Part shown: in pieces, positions 54,827-63,844 of the stretch
How positions within the stretch are numbered: the stretch's first letter is position 1
Layout: each line of letters starts with the position of its first letter
IMG/VR virus record: IMGVR_UViG_3300042898_006156
Location: 32,001-96,000 of that record
Source of the DNA: a virus
DNA length: 64,000 bases
Reading direction: 5' to 3' (one strand)
Translations under genes and position numbers: made by a program
Notes under the pieces: model-generated
Database searches by the model: none
What the model was told of the DNA's origin: nothing
The model's input: only the letters and a program-made list of their open reading frames with translations

Positions 54827-56437
54827 TAATCCTGATAAAATGCCTTGAACTTGCTCATCATCTAAATTAACTTTAGGCAAACTAAATCTTGATTTTTTCT
54901 TAAAGAAGTCTGCAGAATGATTTTCTTTAGATTTTCTTCCAGTGTTTCCATTTAAATTAAATTCAACAATATAATTTTTCTTTTTATCTGGGAAAATAAA
55001 TTCAACAAACTGATTTACATCGTCATATTCATTTGAAGTAGGTTCGTGTATTCTCAATGACACATTTTCACCCAAATGTTTTCGCATAGTGTCAACAACC
55101 ATATCATCTAATTCAGGGTGTATTCCAGGTATTCTGCTTCTTTTAGAATTGAATTCTTCTGGCTTATCCAAAGCAGTATCTGGTTTATTTTCTAAATAAT
55201 ATTTATTGTCTTCTCTTTTTTCAGGAATATTTGGCTTGATACGAGAAGAACTTGGTTGAACTTCCACTGGCTCTGTTTCAACATTGATTTGTGGAGTATT
55301 AAATTGCCTATTATTAAATGTAGGTGTAGTTAAGGACATAGCCTGATCAGATACATTATTTTCTGTATTTTTTTGATCTATTTTTTCTTCAGCAGGACCA
55401 ATTTTACTCTTTGGTTTACTTACTGCCTGAGGTAATGGTACTTTAATATTTTCTTCAGATTTAATTTTTGTAGGCGATTGTTTTGATGGAGGCGTATCAG
55501 AATGTTGATTTACTCTTTCTTTTTTATCTTCTATCTGTTTGGAGGCTTGAGCTTTTGATTGTGAATCAACAAGCTTTCCATTATCAAAAACTTTTATTGA
55601 TTTGAATTTTTTTGGACTAGTAAATGGTTCTGAAATTTTTTCACCAGATTTTGCTTTAAGTTTGGTAGTGTTTCTATCATTATTTTCGTCTACTGTCTCA
55701 ATAATAATTTGATGGAATTTATCATCACTCGGAGTTTGATATTGAATAAAATATCTATACACATCATTGACTCTAGTGACATTGATAATTCTTCTATCTT
55801 CAACAATTTCAGAAACGGAAGGTATTTGCTGGATATTAAATAATGTAAAATTGACTGGAGGTAAAGAAGATAAAATTGAAGATATTACTCCAAAAATTAC
55901 AGTGATGTATTTTGCAATCTCTTCTCTGTTTTCAATGAGATATTTAAGTAAATAATATAATTTTGCAGATCCTGCTAAAACAAAAGCAACTGGCAAGCCT
56001 TTTCTTATAGCTACTTTTAATGTTTCATTTAACTTATTAATTCTTTTGTCTGATACTGATAAAGTTTCAAGCATTTCGACAATTTCTTCACCTTTTTCAG
56101 ATCTTTCTTGAACATCTATGAATTGATCATTTCCTGTAGATTGTAAAAATTGTTCTGCAAGTAAACTGTTGTTTGCTCCATATACATTAAAAATTTCTTC
56201 AAAATCATCAGATTCTTCAAATTGTGGTTGAGATCTAAAATATTCAATTGCAAAATTTTTATATTCTTCTTCTAAACCTTTTTCAGCAATAATATCTAAA
56301 GCTTCTTTATCACTTGGATTTTGTGTAGGTTGAGCAACTTTTATAAAATGCGAATGTAATATTGAAGCTTCTTTGAAATTATTATTTTCAAAAGTTGTGA
56401 TAATATCATGAAAAAGTACTAGATCAAATGTTTTCAT
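54812..56437 (-). CDS. Leader-bearing hypothetical protein with central hydrophobic segments
   Basis: MKTFD...NFKEASILHSHFIKVAQ. Confidence 0.7.
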   Translation of the reverse strand: MKTFDLVLFHDIITTFENNNFKEASILHSHFIKVAQPTQNPSDKEALDIIAEKGLEEEYKNFAIEYFRSQPQFEESDDFEEIFNVYGANNSLLAEQFLQSTGNDQFIDVQERSEKGEEIVEMLETLSVSDKRINKLNETLKVAIRKGLPVAFVLAGSAKLYYLLKYLIENREEIAKYITVIFGVISSILSSLPPVNFTLFNIQQIPSVSEIVEDRRIINVTRVNDVYRYFIQYQTPSDDKFHQIIIETVDENNDRNTTKLKAKSGEKISEPFTSPKKFKSIKVFDNGKLVDSQSKAQASKQIEDKKERVNQHSDTPPSKQSPTKIKSEENIKVPLPQAVSKPKSKIGPAEEKIDQKNTENNVSDQAMSLTTPTFNNRQFNTPQINVETEPVEVQPSSSRIKPNIPEKREDNKYYLENKPDTALDKPEEFNSKRSRIPGIHPELDDMVVDTMRKHLGENVSLRIHEPTSNEYDDVNQFVEFIFPDKKKNYIVEFNLNGNTGRKSKENHSADFFKKKSRFSLPKVNLDDEQVQGILSGLLRRR

Positions 56438-56469
56438 ATCATTGTTTACTTATTTATAAAACTTAATAC

Positions 56470-59187
56470 CTATCCTAAACTTTTTCTAAAATTATAAACT
56501 TTAGCAGTTTTATCTTCATCTCTCTCTATAGAAAGATCAACTTGTGTTTCATCTTGTTCAGCATCATCAAATCCTGGAAAATTGCCCGGTGGTCTTCCTG
56601 GTCCTTTAAATCTAGGAATAATGACATCAATTTTTCTACCACTAGGAATTGGTTCTGTCTGCTGTATTTGGAATCTTGAGTGTCCCTTGATATCTTGAGC
56701 TGTTGGAGGATCTTGTGTCTTTTTAGCTTGTTCTCTTAATTGCTCATTTTCTTTTCTTCTATCTTCGCCTTCTGGATTTACAATGTCTGTAGTAAGCAAT
56801 CCGTTAGCCACAGCTTCTGCAATCTTTGAATAATAATCAGACATATATCCTTCAACTACAGCTTCAGATACATCTTTAACATCAAAGATTAACATTTTTC
56901 CAGATTCTATTAATTGGGTTTCTACTTCTTTTAATTCTTTTTCAAGATCTGTTCTTTCACGAGAATAAATAGGAGTAGACTGTATTTGTTGTAATAATTG
57001 ATTTTTCCTACCAATCAAGCCTCTTCTGTAATCTCTTCTGCCTTGTATTTGAAATGTTTCGTGAAAAATCATCTCAAGTCTATTTCTTTGACGTTGTAAT
57101 TTTTTATTAATTGCTTCAAGTGGGTCTGTTAATTTTATGGTTTGACCAGAATCAGATGTGAAAGTACCAAATCTTCCAGCTTCCATGTCTGCAAGTAATC
57201 TTGTAGCATTGGTTCCACCTGACATTAAGTGAACCATCTCATCCTGAATATCTAAAATCCATTGTTCTTTTGCAGCATTATAGATTTTTCTATCAGACAT
57301 CAAGTTACCAATATGAGCATCAAATATTTTTGAAAGATAAGGAATGTCTCCGTGGATTCTTGCATAAAGCTCTGATGGATTAGAGATATATGCTTCTTCT
57401 GGTGTCAATTCTGGATTTAATGCAATAGAATCTTGCATCGTCAAATCACCAGACTGTAAATATTGCAATGCGTGAGCAACTTCGTGTCTTCTGGTAGCTT
57501 CAACATAATTTTCAGCATCCATACCAATGTTTTCTGCTAAAGCTTTATGATAAGAAAGTTGATTCCATATGTCAGTTTTAATTAAGATAGCTGGTACTGG
57601 GCCTCTATCTTTAGTTGGAAATCTTGGGACAAATAATCCACCCCATTTTTCATCAATCAAATCTACAGGACCAATTTTCATTTTTGGAGCATTATTTTCT
57701 TGCATAAAGTTTTGTAAGCTCCAAGTGCTAAATTCTATGATTACCATCTGATCAGCATATGTTTTGATGTCTTTTATGCTTGTTCCAGCAAAGGGTGCTT
57801 CTTGCATCATACGATCTTCATAGGATTGATATATTTTTCCAAAAATTTCGTCAGATTTATTTTTTTGTCTAATTCCGCTTTCTGACATACCTTCTGGAAC
57901 TACTTCATTTTTAGGTCCTTTTCCATATGCATAGTTGAAAGAACTATCTGATGCTTTAGTAATTTTAATTACACCCTGTTTTGCAGCTTTTTCCAATAAA
58001 GCTAAACCGTCAGATTGAATTTTTGCTTTGGCTGCAGTTCCACGAGCAATGATTTTATTTTTAATCTCATCACCCAAACTGCTCAAAAGATTTATATTAA
58101 ATTTATCAAAATCTTCTGGGTTTTTTTCCAAATACCTTATGATGACTTCAGGCTTTGCAATTCCCTTTATTATATACATAGGTGTGCAATCATCACCTAG
58201 CGAATCAATATAAGCAATAAATTTTTTACTTCTTTTAAGTTTTCCAATTAGCAAAGGATTGTTGTCTAGTTCATATGAATTAATTACGTTATATAATCTT
58301 TTGACTAAAGGTGTTACGAATTCATCATACTGGGTATATTGTTCTAAATTAGTAAGTGTGTCAACTAAAGACTCTGTAGGTAAGCCCATAACCATGCTAA
58401 CAACATCTTTTTGTTCTATATCAGATTGATTTAATATCTGAATAATCATATTTAAAATTTGAGGTGGATCAATTCCTGAAAAAAGAAAACTCTTTAATAG
58501 GGGCAGATAATTCTTTATTTCTCCACTCCAAATTGTAGTAATTGCAGCATCGTAACTCTCAAACTTTTCCAATTCAGGTTTCTGTTGTTTTAATTGTTCT
58601 ATCAATAAATTTCTTTGTTCAGAATCGGGTATTCCCAGTAATGCTTTGTCATCACCACGCATCATAAATAAAGAGAGAGAATCACTTATTTCAGTGCCTT
58701 TTCTAACTAATAAATTAAGTGTCGTAAATCCAATACCTAAAGTAGAATTGACATATGCTTTTGCTTTTTCAGCATCAGGAATTTCGTCTCCTAATTTATT
58801 TCCTTTATGTCCTTGAGATTTTGAAAAACTATTTAATTTTCCCAAAAAATCTAGAACTTTCATCATATCTGTATTGGCAGAACTACCTTGTTTTTTCATT
58901 TCATTATCAATAAATTTTGATAATCCGCTAGTAAAATTGATTATATCTGCCATAGCATTAACATCTGTTGTAGCTTTTTCAAAATATTTATCAATAATAG
59001 AATCATTATTTTTGCCTTTTTCTATGTCAAATAACAACTTAAGCATAGCAGTCATAGTAGGCATATTATTTGGGCTGTAAAATGAAAAATCTTTGAATGT
59101 TCTAGAAAAAGAGCCACTCCAAACAACTTCTTTAGTTGAAAGGACATCCCAGGCAGTTGCTGATTCGATAATTTTTGAGTACCACAT
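56470..59187 (-). CDS. Large protein with a zincin-like metallopeptidase motif (putative head cargo)
   Basis: WGGLF, RRHEVAHALQY, YISNPSELYAR; N-terminus MWYSKIIESA. Confidence 0.7.
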   Translation of the reverse strand: MWYSKIIESATAWDVLSTKEVVWSGSFSRTFKDFSFYSPNNMPTMTAMLKLLFDIEKGKNNDSIIDKYFEKATTDVNAMADIINFTSGLSKFIDNEMKKQGSSANTDMMKVLDFLGKLNSFSKSQGHKGNKLGDEIPDAEKAKAYVNSTLGIGFTTLNLLVRKGTEISDSLSLFMMRGDDKALLGIPDSEQRNLLIEQLKQQKPELEKFESYDAAITTIWSGEIKNYLPLLKSFLFSGIDPPQILNMIIQILNQSDIEQKDVVSMVMGLPTESLVDTLTNLEQYTQYDEFVTPLVKRLYNVINSYELDNNPLLIGKLKRSKKFIAYIDSLGDDCTPMYIIKGIAKPEVIIRYLEKNPEDFDKFNINLLSSLGDEIKNKIIARGTAAKAKIQSDGLALLEKAAKQGVIKITKASDSSFNYAYGKGPKNEVVPEGMSESGIRQKNKSDEIFGKIYQSYEDRMMQEAPFAGTSIKDIKTYADQMVIIEFSTWSLQNFMQENNAPKMKIGPVDLIDEKWGGLFVPRFPTKDRGPVPAILIKTDIWNQLSYHKALAENIGMDAENYVEATRRHEVAHALQYLQSGDLTMQDSIALNPELTPEEAYISNPSELYARIHGDIPYLSKIFDAHIGNLMSDRKIYNAAKEQWILDIQDEMVHLMSGGTNATRLLADMEAGRFGTFTSDSGQTIKLTDPLEAINKKLQRQRNRLEMIFHETFQIQGRRDYRRGLIGRKNQLLQQIQSTPIYSRERTDLEKELKEVETQLIESGKMLIFDVKDVSEAVVEGYMSDYYSKIAEAVANGLLTTDIVNPEGEDRRKENEQLREQAKKTQDPPTAQDIKGHSRFQIQQTEPIPSGRKIDVIIPRFKGPGRPPGNFPGFDDAEQDETQVDLSIERDEDKTAKVYNFRKSLG

Positions 59188-59221
59188 ATTTAGTTTATTT
59201 TACATTTATCCCCAGAAACCC

Positions 59222-59256
59222 TTGATTTTAAAAGATAGGCTTGGTAATATTCTTTT
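59222..59256 (+). promoter_or_regulatory. Sigma70-type promoter, leaderless
   Basis: TTGATT-17-(TGg)TAATAT-6 nt-ATG. Confidence 0.6.
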
Positions 59257-60252
59257 ATGGAAACTTCAACTGTTGATGTAGTTATTGGTATGCAGTATGG
59301 TGATGAGGGCAAAGGTAAAATTGCTAATCAACTGGTAAGTACTGGTAATTATGATTATGTCGTCCGCTTTAATGGTGGAGGCAATGCTGGTCATACAATT
59401 TACCTCAATGGAGAGAAAATTGTTACACACCTTGTTCCTTGCGGCATTCTGCATGGTATTCCTAGTATCATCGGTAATGGTTGTGTTATCAATACGCAAA
59501 AATTATTTGACGAACTTAAATATCTTGAAGGATTTGGGTTTGACACATCAATCCTTAAAATAGCAGAAAACGCACATATAATAACCCAAGATCACATTGA
59601 CGAAGATTCCAAAGATACAAAAATTGGAACAACTCGCACTGGAAATGGACCTTGTTATCGAGACAAGTTTGCCCGTATAGGTCTTCGTGCCAAAGATGTT
59701 CCAGAATTAGCTCCATATCTTGTTGATATGCATAGTCTTATTCATTCTTCCCCTAAGAGCTTTTTAGCCGAAGGAGCTCAAGGTTATTGGCTTGATGTTG
59801 ACTTTGGCGATTACCCTTATGTCACATCATCAAATACAGGTGTAGGAGCAGTATTAAATAATGGTTTCAATTATAAGCAAGTACGGAATGTTATCGGGGT
59901 TATCAAGTGTTATTCTACCTATGTTGGAGCTAAAGGATACCAAAAAGATGACGAGCGATTTGAGCAGCTCAGAGAAATTGGTCAAGAGTATGGAGCCACG
60001 ACAGGACGACCAAGACAAATTGACTGGCTCAACATCCAAGAAGTTATAACTGCTTGTCAAATGAATGGTGTTACTAAACTCATCATTAATAAAATGGATG
60101 TTCTTCGACAAGTTGACAGTGCTTGGAATTATTACGAAAACAATATGTTGATTTCTTGTGCAAATGAAGATACATTTGTTTCTAATATTTCGAAAGAAGT
60201 TGGAATGGTACTTCCTGGTATATTTATCCAATTCCAAGGGCAACTACATTGA
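59257..60252 (+). CDS. purA: Adenylosuccinate synthetase (short form)
   Basis: QYGDEGKGK, GGGNAGHT, IGTT..G.GP.Y.DK, EGAQG..LD.DFG.YPYVTSS, GATTGRPR. Confidence 0.9.
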   Translation: METSTVDVVIGMQYGDEGKGKIANQLVSTGNYDYVVRFNGGGNAGHTIYLNGEKIVTHLVPCGILHGIPSIIGNGCVINTQKLFDELKYLEGFGFDTSILKIAENAHIITQDHIDEDSKDTKIGTTRTGNGPCYRDKFARIGLRAKDVPELAPYLVDMHSLIHSSPKSFLAEGAQGYWLDVDFGDYPYVTSSNTGVGAVLNNGFNYKQVRNVIGVIKCYSTYVGAKGYQKDDERFEQLREIGQEYGATTGRPRQIDWLNIQEVITACQMNGVTKLIINKMDVLRQVDSAWNYYENNMLISCANEDTFVSNISKEVGMVLPGIFIQFQGQLH

Positions 60253-61346
60253 AATTTAAGTTGAATAAGGCAGAGCATCTTGTATGCTTTGCCTTACTTA
60301 ATAAAATTGAGAAATCTAAGCTATCGATGCGAGAAAACAAAGCATCATCTAGTAGTCTTATATTTCATTCTTCTGATGGAAAATTATATGTGCAGTCAGA
60401 AAACAATTTTTGTTGTTCTAAATTTCTACTAAAAAATGTTGAACCTACTGAAGATGGCACTTTTGGCTTAGATATATCCTCTTTCTATAATGCTGTAAAT
60501 AATTTTCCAACAGAAGAAATTCAATTTATCTATAATGCTGAAGAAAATATGCTTATCTTTGGTAATAAGAAAACAAGAGTGTCTTTGGCTTCTGCACCTG
60601 TTGATAACTTTACAGTAGATTTTTCTAGTAATTTAGAGCCTTTGGATATTACTGTTGACGATTTTGTTCACAGTATCAAGATGACTTCATTTTCTTGTGC
60701 CCCTGATTTTGATGAGCACCCTTATACTTCTATTCTTTGGTTTATTGAAGATGGGAAAATCAATACTCAATCTTCAGACAAACATAGAATTAGTGTGTTT
60801 GGCAAGAAGTATGAATTACAGCCATCTTACTTAATTTCAAAAACTATCTCTGATATCGTTTTGTATTATGTAGAAAAAGTATCAGCTGTTGTCTTTTCAT
60901 TACACAATAGCAAGCTTTACCTTTCTTGGGATGGCGGAGAATTGTTTTGTAATCTTGAGAAGAATACTTTTGAAAAGATATTTTCAAATTTCAATCAATT
61001 CTTTAGTGATAGCTTCTTCTTGTCTCTTGCACTTGAAAAAGATGCATTAGTTAAGAGTGTGAAGTTTGTTTCAAGCATCGCAAATTCTCATATGATAAGC
61101 TTGAATTTAGATGCTGATAAGCTTGTCATATCTGGAAACAGCAATGAAAAAAATGCAGTGGTAGATACAATTGAAATAGAGAATAATGAATTATTTTCAG
61201 TCTCGTATGTGTCTTCTCATCTAATCAGAGCTTTAGATTTACTTGACAATAAGAAAATTAAACTAAATTTTATCAAGCATAATGACTTTATTTTATTAAT
61301 GTTAGAAGCAGAAAACTTCAAGCACATATTGTTTCCAATGGATTAA
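60249..61346 (+). CDS. dnaN: DNA polymerase III beta sliding clamp
   Basis: About 365 aa three-domain size, SSDKHRIS (cf. ATDGHRL), C-terminal HILFPM. Confidence 0.75.
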   Translation: MKFKLNKAEHLVCFALLNKIEKSKLSMRENKASSSSLIFHSSDGKLYVQSENNFCCSKFLLKNVEPTEDGTFGLDISSFYNAVNNFPTEEIQFIYNAEENMLIFGNKKTRVSLASAPVDNFTVDFSSNLEPLDITVDDFVHSIKMTSFSCAPDFDEHPYTSILWFIEDGKINTQSSDKHRISVFGKKYELQPSYLISKTISDIVLYYVEKVSAVVFSLHNSKLYLSWDGGELFCNLEKNTFEKIFSNFNQFFSDSFFLSLALEKDALVKSVKFVSSIANSHMISLNLDADKLVISGNSNEKNAVVDTIEIENNELFSVSYVSSHLIRALDLLDNKKIKLNFIKHNDFILLMLEAENFKHILFPMD

Positions 61347-61347
61347 A

Positions 61348-62349
61348 ATGTTCCCAAGAATTTACTATGGATCAACCACTTTAGCATTGAATAAGATCAA
61401 GGAAGAATTCCCTGGTCTTATTCTTTGTATCGATAACAATGTTGAAAAGATTGTCAATGGTTATTCTAAATTCTTTGATATGAATAATATTTATATCCAC
61501 ACAAATATTTCCAATGAAGATATTAAACTCATTCAAGATAAGAGTGAAAAACTAGGAATCAAACACATCATTTTATATGAGGATGATAGCTTTGATGGTA
61601 GATTATCTCTCATTGCAAAAGCCAAGAAGAATAGCTTGATTTTTGATTGTAGTTATCCGCTTGCTGGAGATTCTAATTCATTAAAACGCCATATCAATAA
61701 TTTTGTTATGAAAAACAATGCGAATATAAATGGTGAGACTTTAAACCATTTAGTTCAAATTTGTCCTATTTTACGTATCAAATCAAAACAGTCTGGCAGT
61801 AAGAAAGAAATCTTGTGCTACGATATTGATATTTTATTTAAAGAACTAGAAAAGATCATTTCTTACACAGATAAAATATTTTTGCGTGATCTTTCAAATG
61901 CTTCTTTCAATGAAGAATGCGACATATTCGAATTTATCGATAAACTGATGAATAAAGATCTAGACTATTGCTTGTTAAAGATAGATCTACTAATTGATTC
62001 TATGGGTGAGCAAGGGTTTTTATTGGTTCTTTTAAGCCAATTGAACTTTATGCTTGTAATATCAGAAACTGATAAGAAATTTCATCCACTTACAGAAGTT
62101 CAAGAAATTGTTGAATTACGGGATATTTTAGGCAAGTATTTAGATGATGAATACAAAGAGCCTACATTCACTGTTAAAGCTCAAAATCCAATTAGGATTC
62201 GCATACAATCAAGCAAAGAAAATTTATATAGTCCAGCTCAGTTTTCTAAAATGATTACATTAGTGGTAGATAGCATTGTGGATTTACGTACTAATGGCTC
62301 TGTCAATCATTCAGTTCCAATATTGATTTCAAAACTGGCATCTGTATAA
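61348..62349 (+). CDS. holA: DNA polymerase III delta-like subunit
   Basis: ELEKIISY, DIFEFIDKL pattern; follows dnaN. Confidence 0.6.
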   Translation: MFPRIYYGSTTLALNKIKEEFPGLILCIDNNVEKIVNGYSKFFDMNNIYIHTNISNEDIKLIQDKSEKLGIKHIILYEDDSFDGRLSLIAKAKKNSLIFDCSYPLAGDSNSLKRHINNFVMKNNANINGETLNHLVQICPILRIKSKQSGSKKEILCYDIDILFKELEKIISYTDKIFLRDLSNASFNEECDIFEFIDKLMNKDLDYCLLKIDLLIDSMGEQGFLLVLLSQLNFMLVISETDKKFHPLTEVQEIVELRDILGKYLDDEYKEPTFTVKAQNPIRIRIQSSKENLYSPAQFSKMITLVVDSIVDLRTNGSVNHSVPILISKLASV

Positions 62350-62356
62350 TTTTTTT
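62323..62356 (+). promoter_or_regulatory. Sigma70-type promoter, leaderless
   Basis: TTGATT-16-TATAAT-6 nt-ATG. Confidence 0.65.
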
Positions 62357-62923
62357 ATGGCTGATCATAACTACGACGAAATTAATAAATTACTATATAA
62401 GTACAAAGCTGGTAATGATTCGGCTTTATATGAATTGTATGAATTTTATAAACCCTTATTTATTTCATCCGTAAAAAGAATTATCTATAAAGAACCTAGA
62501 CTTTCTCCTTACAGAGAAGATATTTTAGGCGATACATTATTTGTTTTTATTAAGTTGATAGACCAATATGATCCTAAATTATCTTATTTCTCATACTTCT
62601 TATCTACTAGAATTGATATAAATTTATTTCGTTATATTTCTGACAAATATTTTCCAAAAGAAGAGTCAGTAGAAGAAGTAGAATTTCAAGAGCAATATGA
62701 TGATCCATTTAATAAAATTGACAATGTAATTTGCATTCATCAAGCTTATGAAAAATTAAATGAGAAAAGCAAAGAAGTGATACAAGTTTATTTCTTTGAG
62801 CAATTAGATCAAAAAGAAGCTTCTGAAAAGTTAGGAATTACTCAAGGTGCCTTTTCTAAAAGACTATCTAAAGCGCTTGAACAAATGAAAAATATATTGG
62901 GAAAAGATTTCCTTTTTGATTAA
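62357..62923 (+). CDS. Sigma70-family (region 2 + 4) sigma factor
   Basis: G..SAL.EL...YKPL, YDP....FSYF, L....KEVI..YFF..L.QKEA.E.LGITQ...S. Confidence 0.85.
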   Translation: MADHNYDEINKLLYKYKAGNDSALYELYEFYKPLFISSVKRIIYKEPRLSPYREDILGDTLFVFIKLIDQYDPKLSYFSYFLSTRIDINLFRYISDKYFPKEESVEEVEFQEQYDDPFNKIDNVICIHQAYEKLNEKSKEVIQVYFFEQLDQKEASEKLGITQGAFSKRLSKALEQMKNILGKDFLFD

Positions 62924-62970
62924 TGGAATATATTTTTTGATTTCTCGTATTATATAGATATGTTCCACAA

Positions 62971-63006
62971 AAACCTCTAAGACATTATAATTGCGTCTAG
63001 AGGTTT
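62971..63006. terminator. Imperfect hairpin (terminator or operator)
   Basis: aaacctcta...gac-N11-gtc-tagaggttt. Confidence 0.45.
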
Positions 63007-63065
63007 TATTATTTAAATAAGTTCCTTTATTGGTGGGGATAAAAAATCAAAGGGAGATAAGAGAA

Positions 63066-63779
63066 GTGTCTGAAAACAACTCAAATGACATGATTTACAA
63101 CTGGCGCAATGAATTACGTTCACATAATGATGGTGTTCTTATTGTTGCAAATAGTCAAGCTCAAAAATACAAAAATCAAGGTTTCGATAAGTCCGAAGTT
63201 GTAGAATTGCTCGCAGCTGATAATTTTGATTTAGACGTTGCTAATAGAATCGCTTCAAAGTTATTTGATTCTGCTGAAAAAGTAGAACAAAACACTGCTG
63301 TTGAAGTTGCTGTAGTTCCAACTAGATATTCTGACTGTGCTCCTGTTATTGAAAGATCATTAACTAAATTGTCTGCAAAGGAATTCGTCAAGAGACTTTG
63401 TGGTGGTCCTCATTCAATTGTAAAAACTGATGAAAAGGGATTAGGATTCTGGTTAAGAATTACTCAAGCTGCTAAAGATAGTACTTCTGGGAAGAATCAT
63501 TTACACGCATCATTAAGACCTTACATCGAAGAAACACTTCTCAACAATGTTCTTTTAGCACAATCCCAAGAAGCACAAATCAAGACTGCTTCAAAAACCA
63601 AATTTGTTGTATCTATGAAGAAGGGAACTGCTGAAGTTGATTTATCAAATGCAACTTCATCAAGCGACAAATTTATTGCTGGAAATTATGTTGATTTTGG
63701 GCTTGCTGATGAATTTATGGTGAAGGCCGCTGATACAGTTTCGCCATATCAGAGATTGAAAAGAGCTCTCAAAGACTAA
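63066..63779 (+). CDS. Hypothetical protein
   Basis: GGGAG upstream of GTG 63066; followed by a terminator. Confidence 0.7.
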   Translation: MSENNSNDMIYNWRNELRSHNDGVLIVANSQAQKYKNQGFDKSEVVELLAADNFDLDVANRIASKLFDSAEKVEQNTAVEVAVVPTRYSDCAPVIERSLTKLSAKEFVKRLCGGPHSIVKTDEKGLGFWLRITQAAKDSTSGKNHLHASLRPYIEETLLNNVLLAQSQEAQIKTASKTKFVVSMKKGTAEVDLSNATSSSDKFIAGNYVDFGLADEFMVKAADTVSPYQRLKRALKD

Positions 63780-63798
63780 CTCACACTCTAAACTATTG

Positions 63799-63830
63799 AA
63801 CAAGCCGCTTTTAAGCGGCTTGTTTGTTTT
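63799..63830 (+). terminator. Intrinsic terminator
   Basis: aacaagccgctt-tt-aagcggcttgtt followed by a T-rich run. Confidence 0.8.
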
Positions 63831-63844
63831 GTATAACTAAAGAA

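Noticed and set aside
59257-60252. PurZ (2-aminoadenine DNA pathway)
   Set aside because: Retains the PurA catalytic Asp (GDEGKG) rather than the Ser of PurZ; no dATPase/MazZ-like neighbours recognised.
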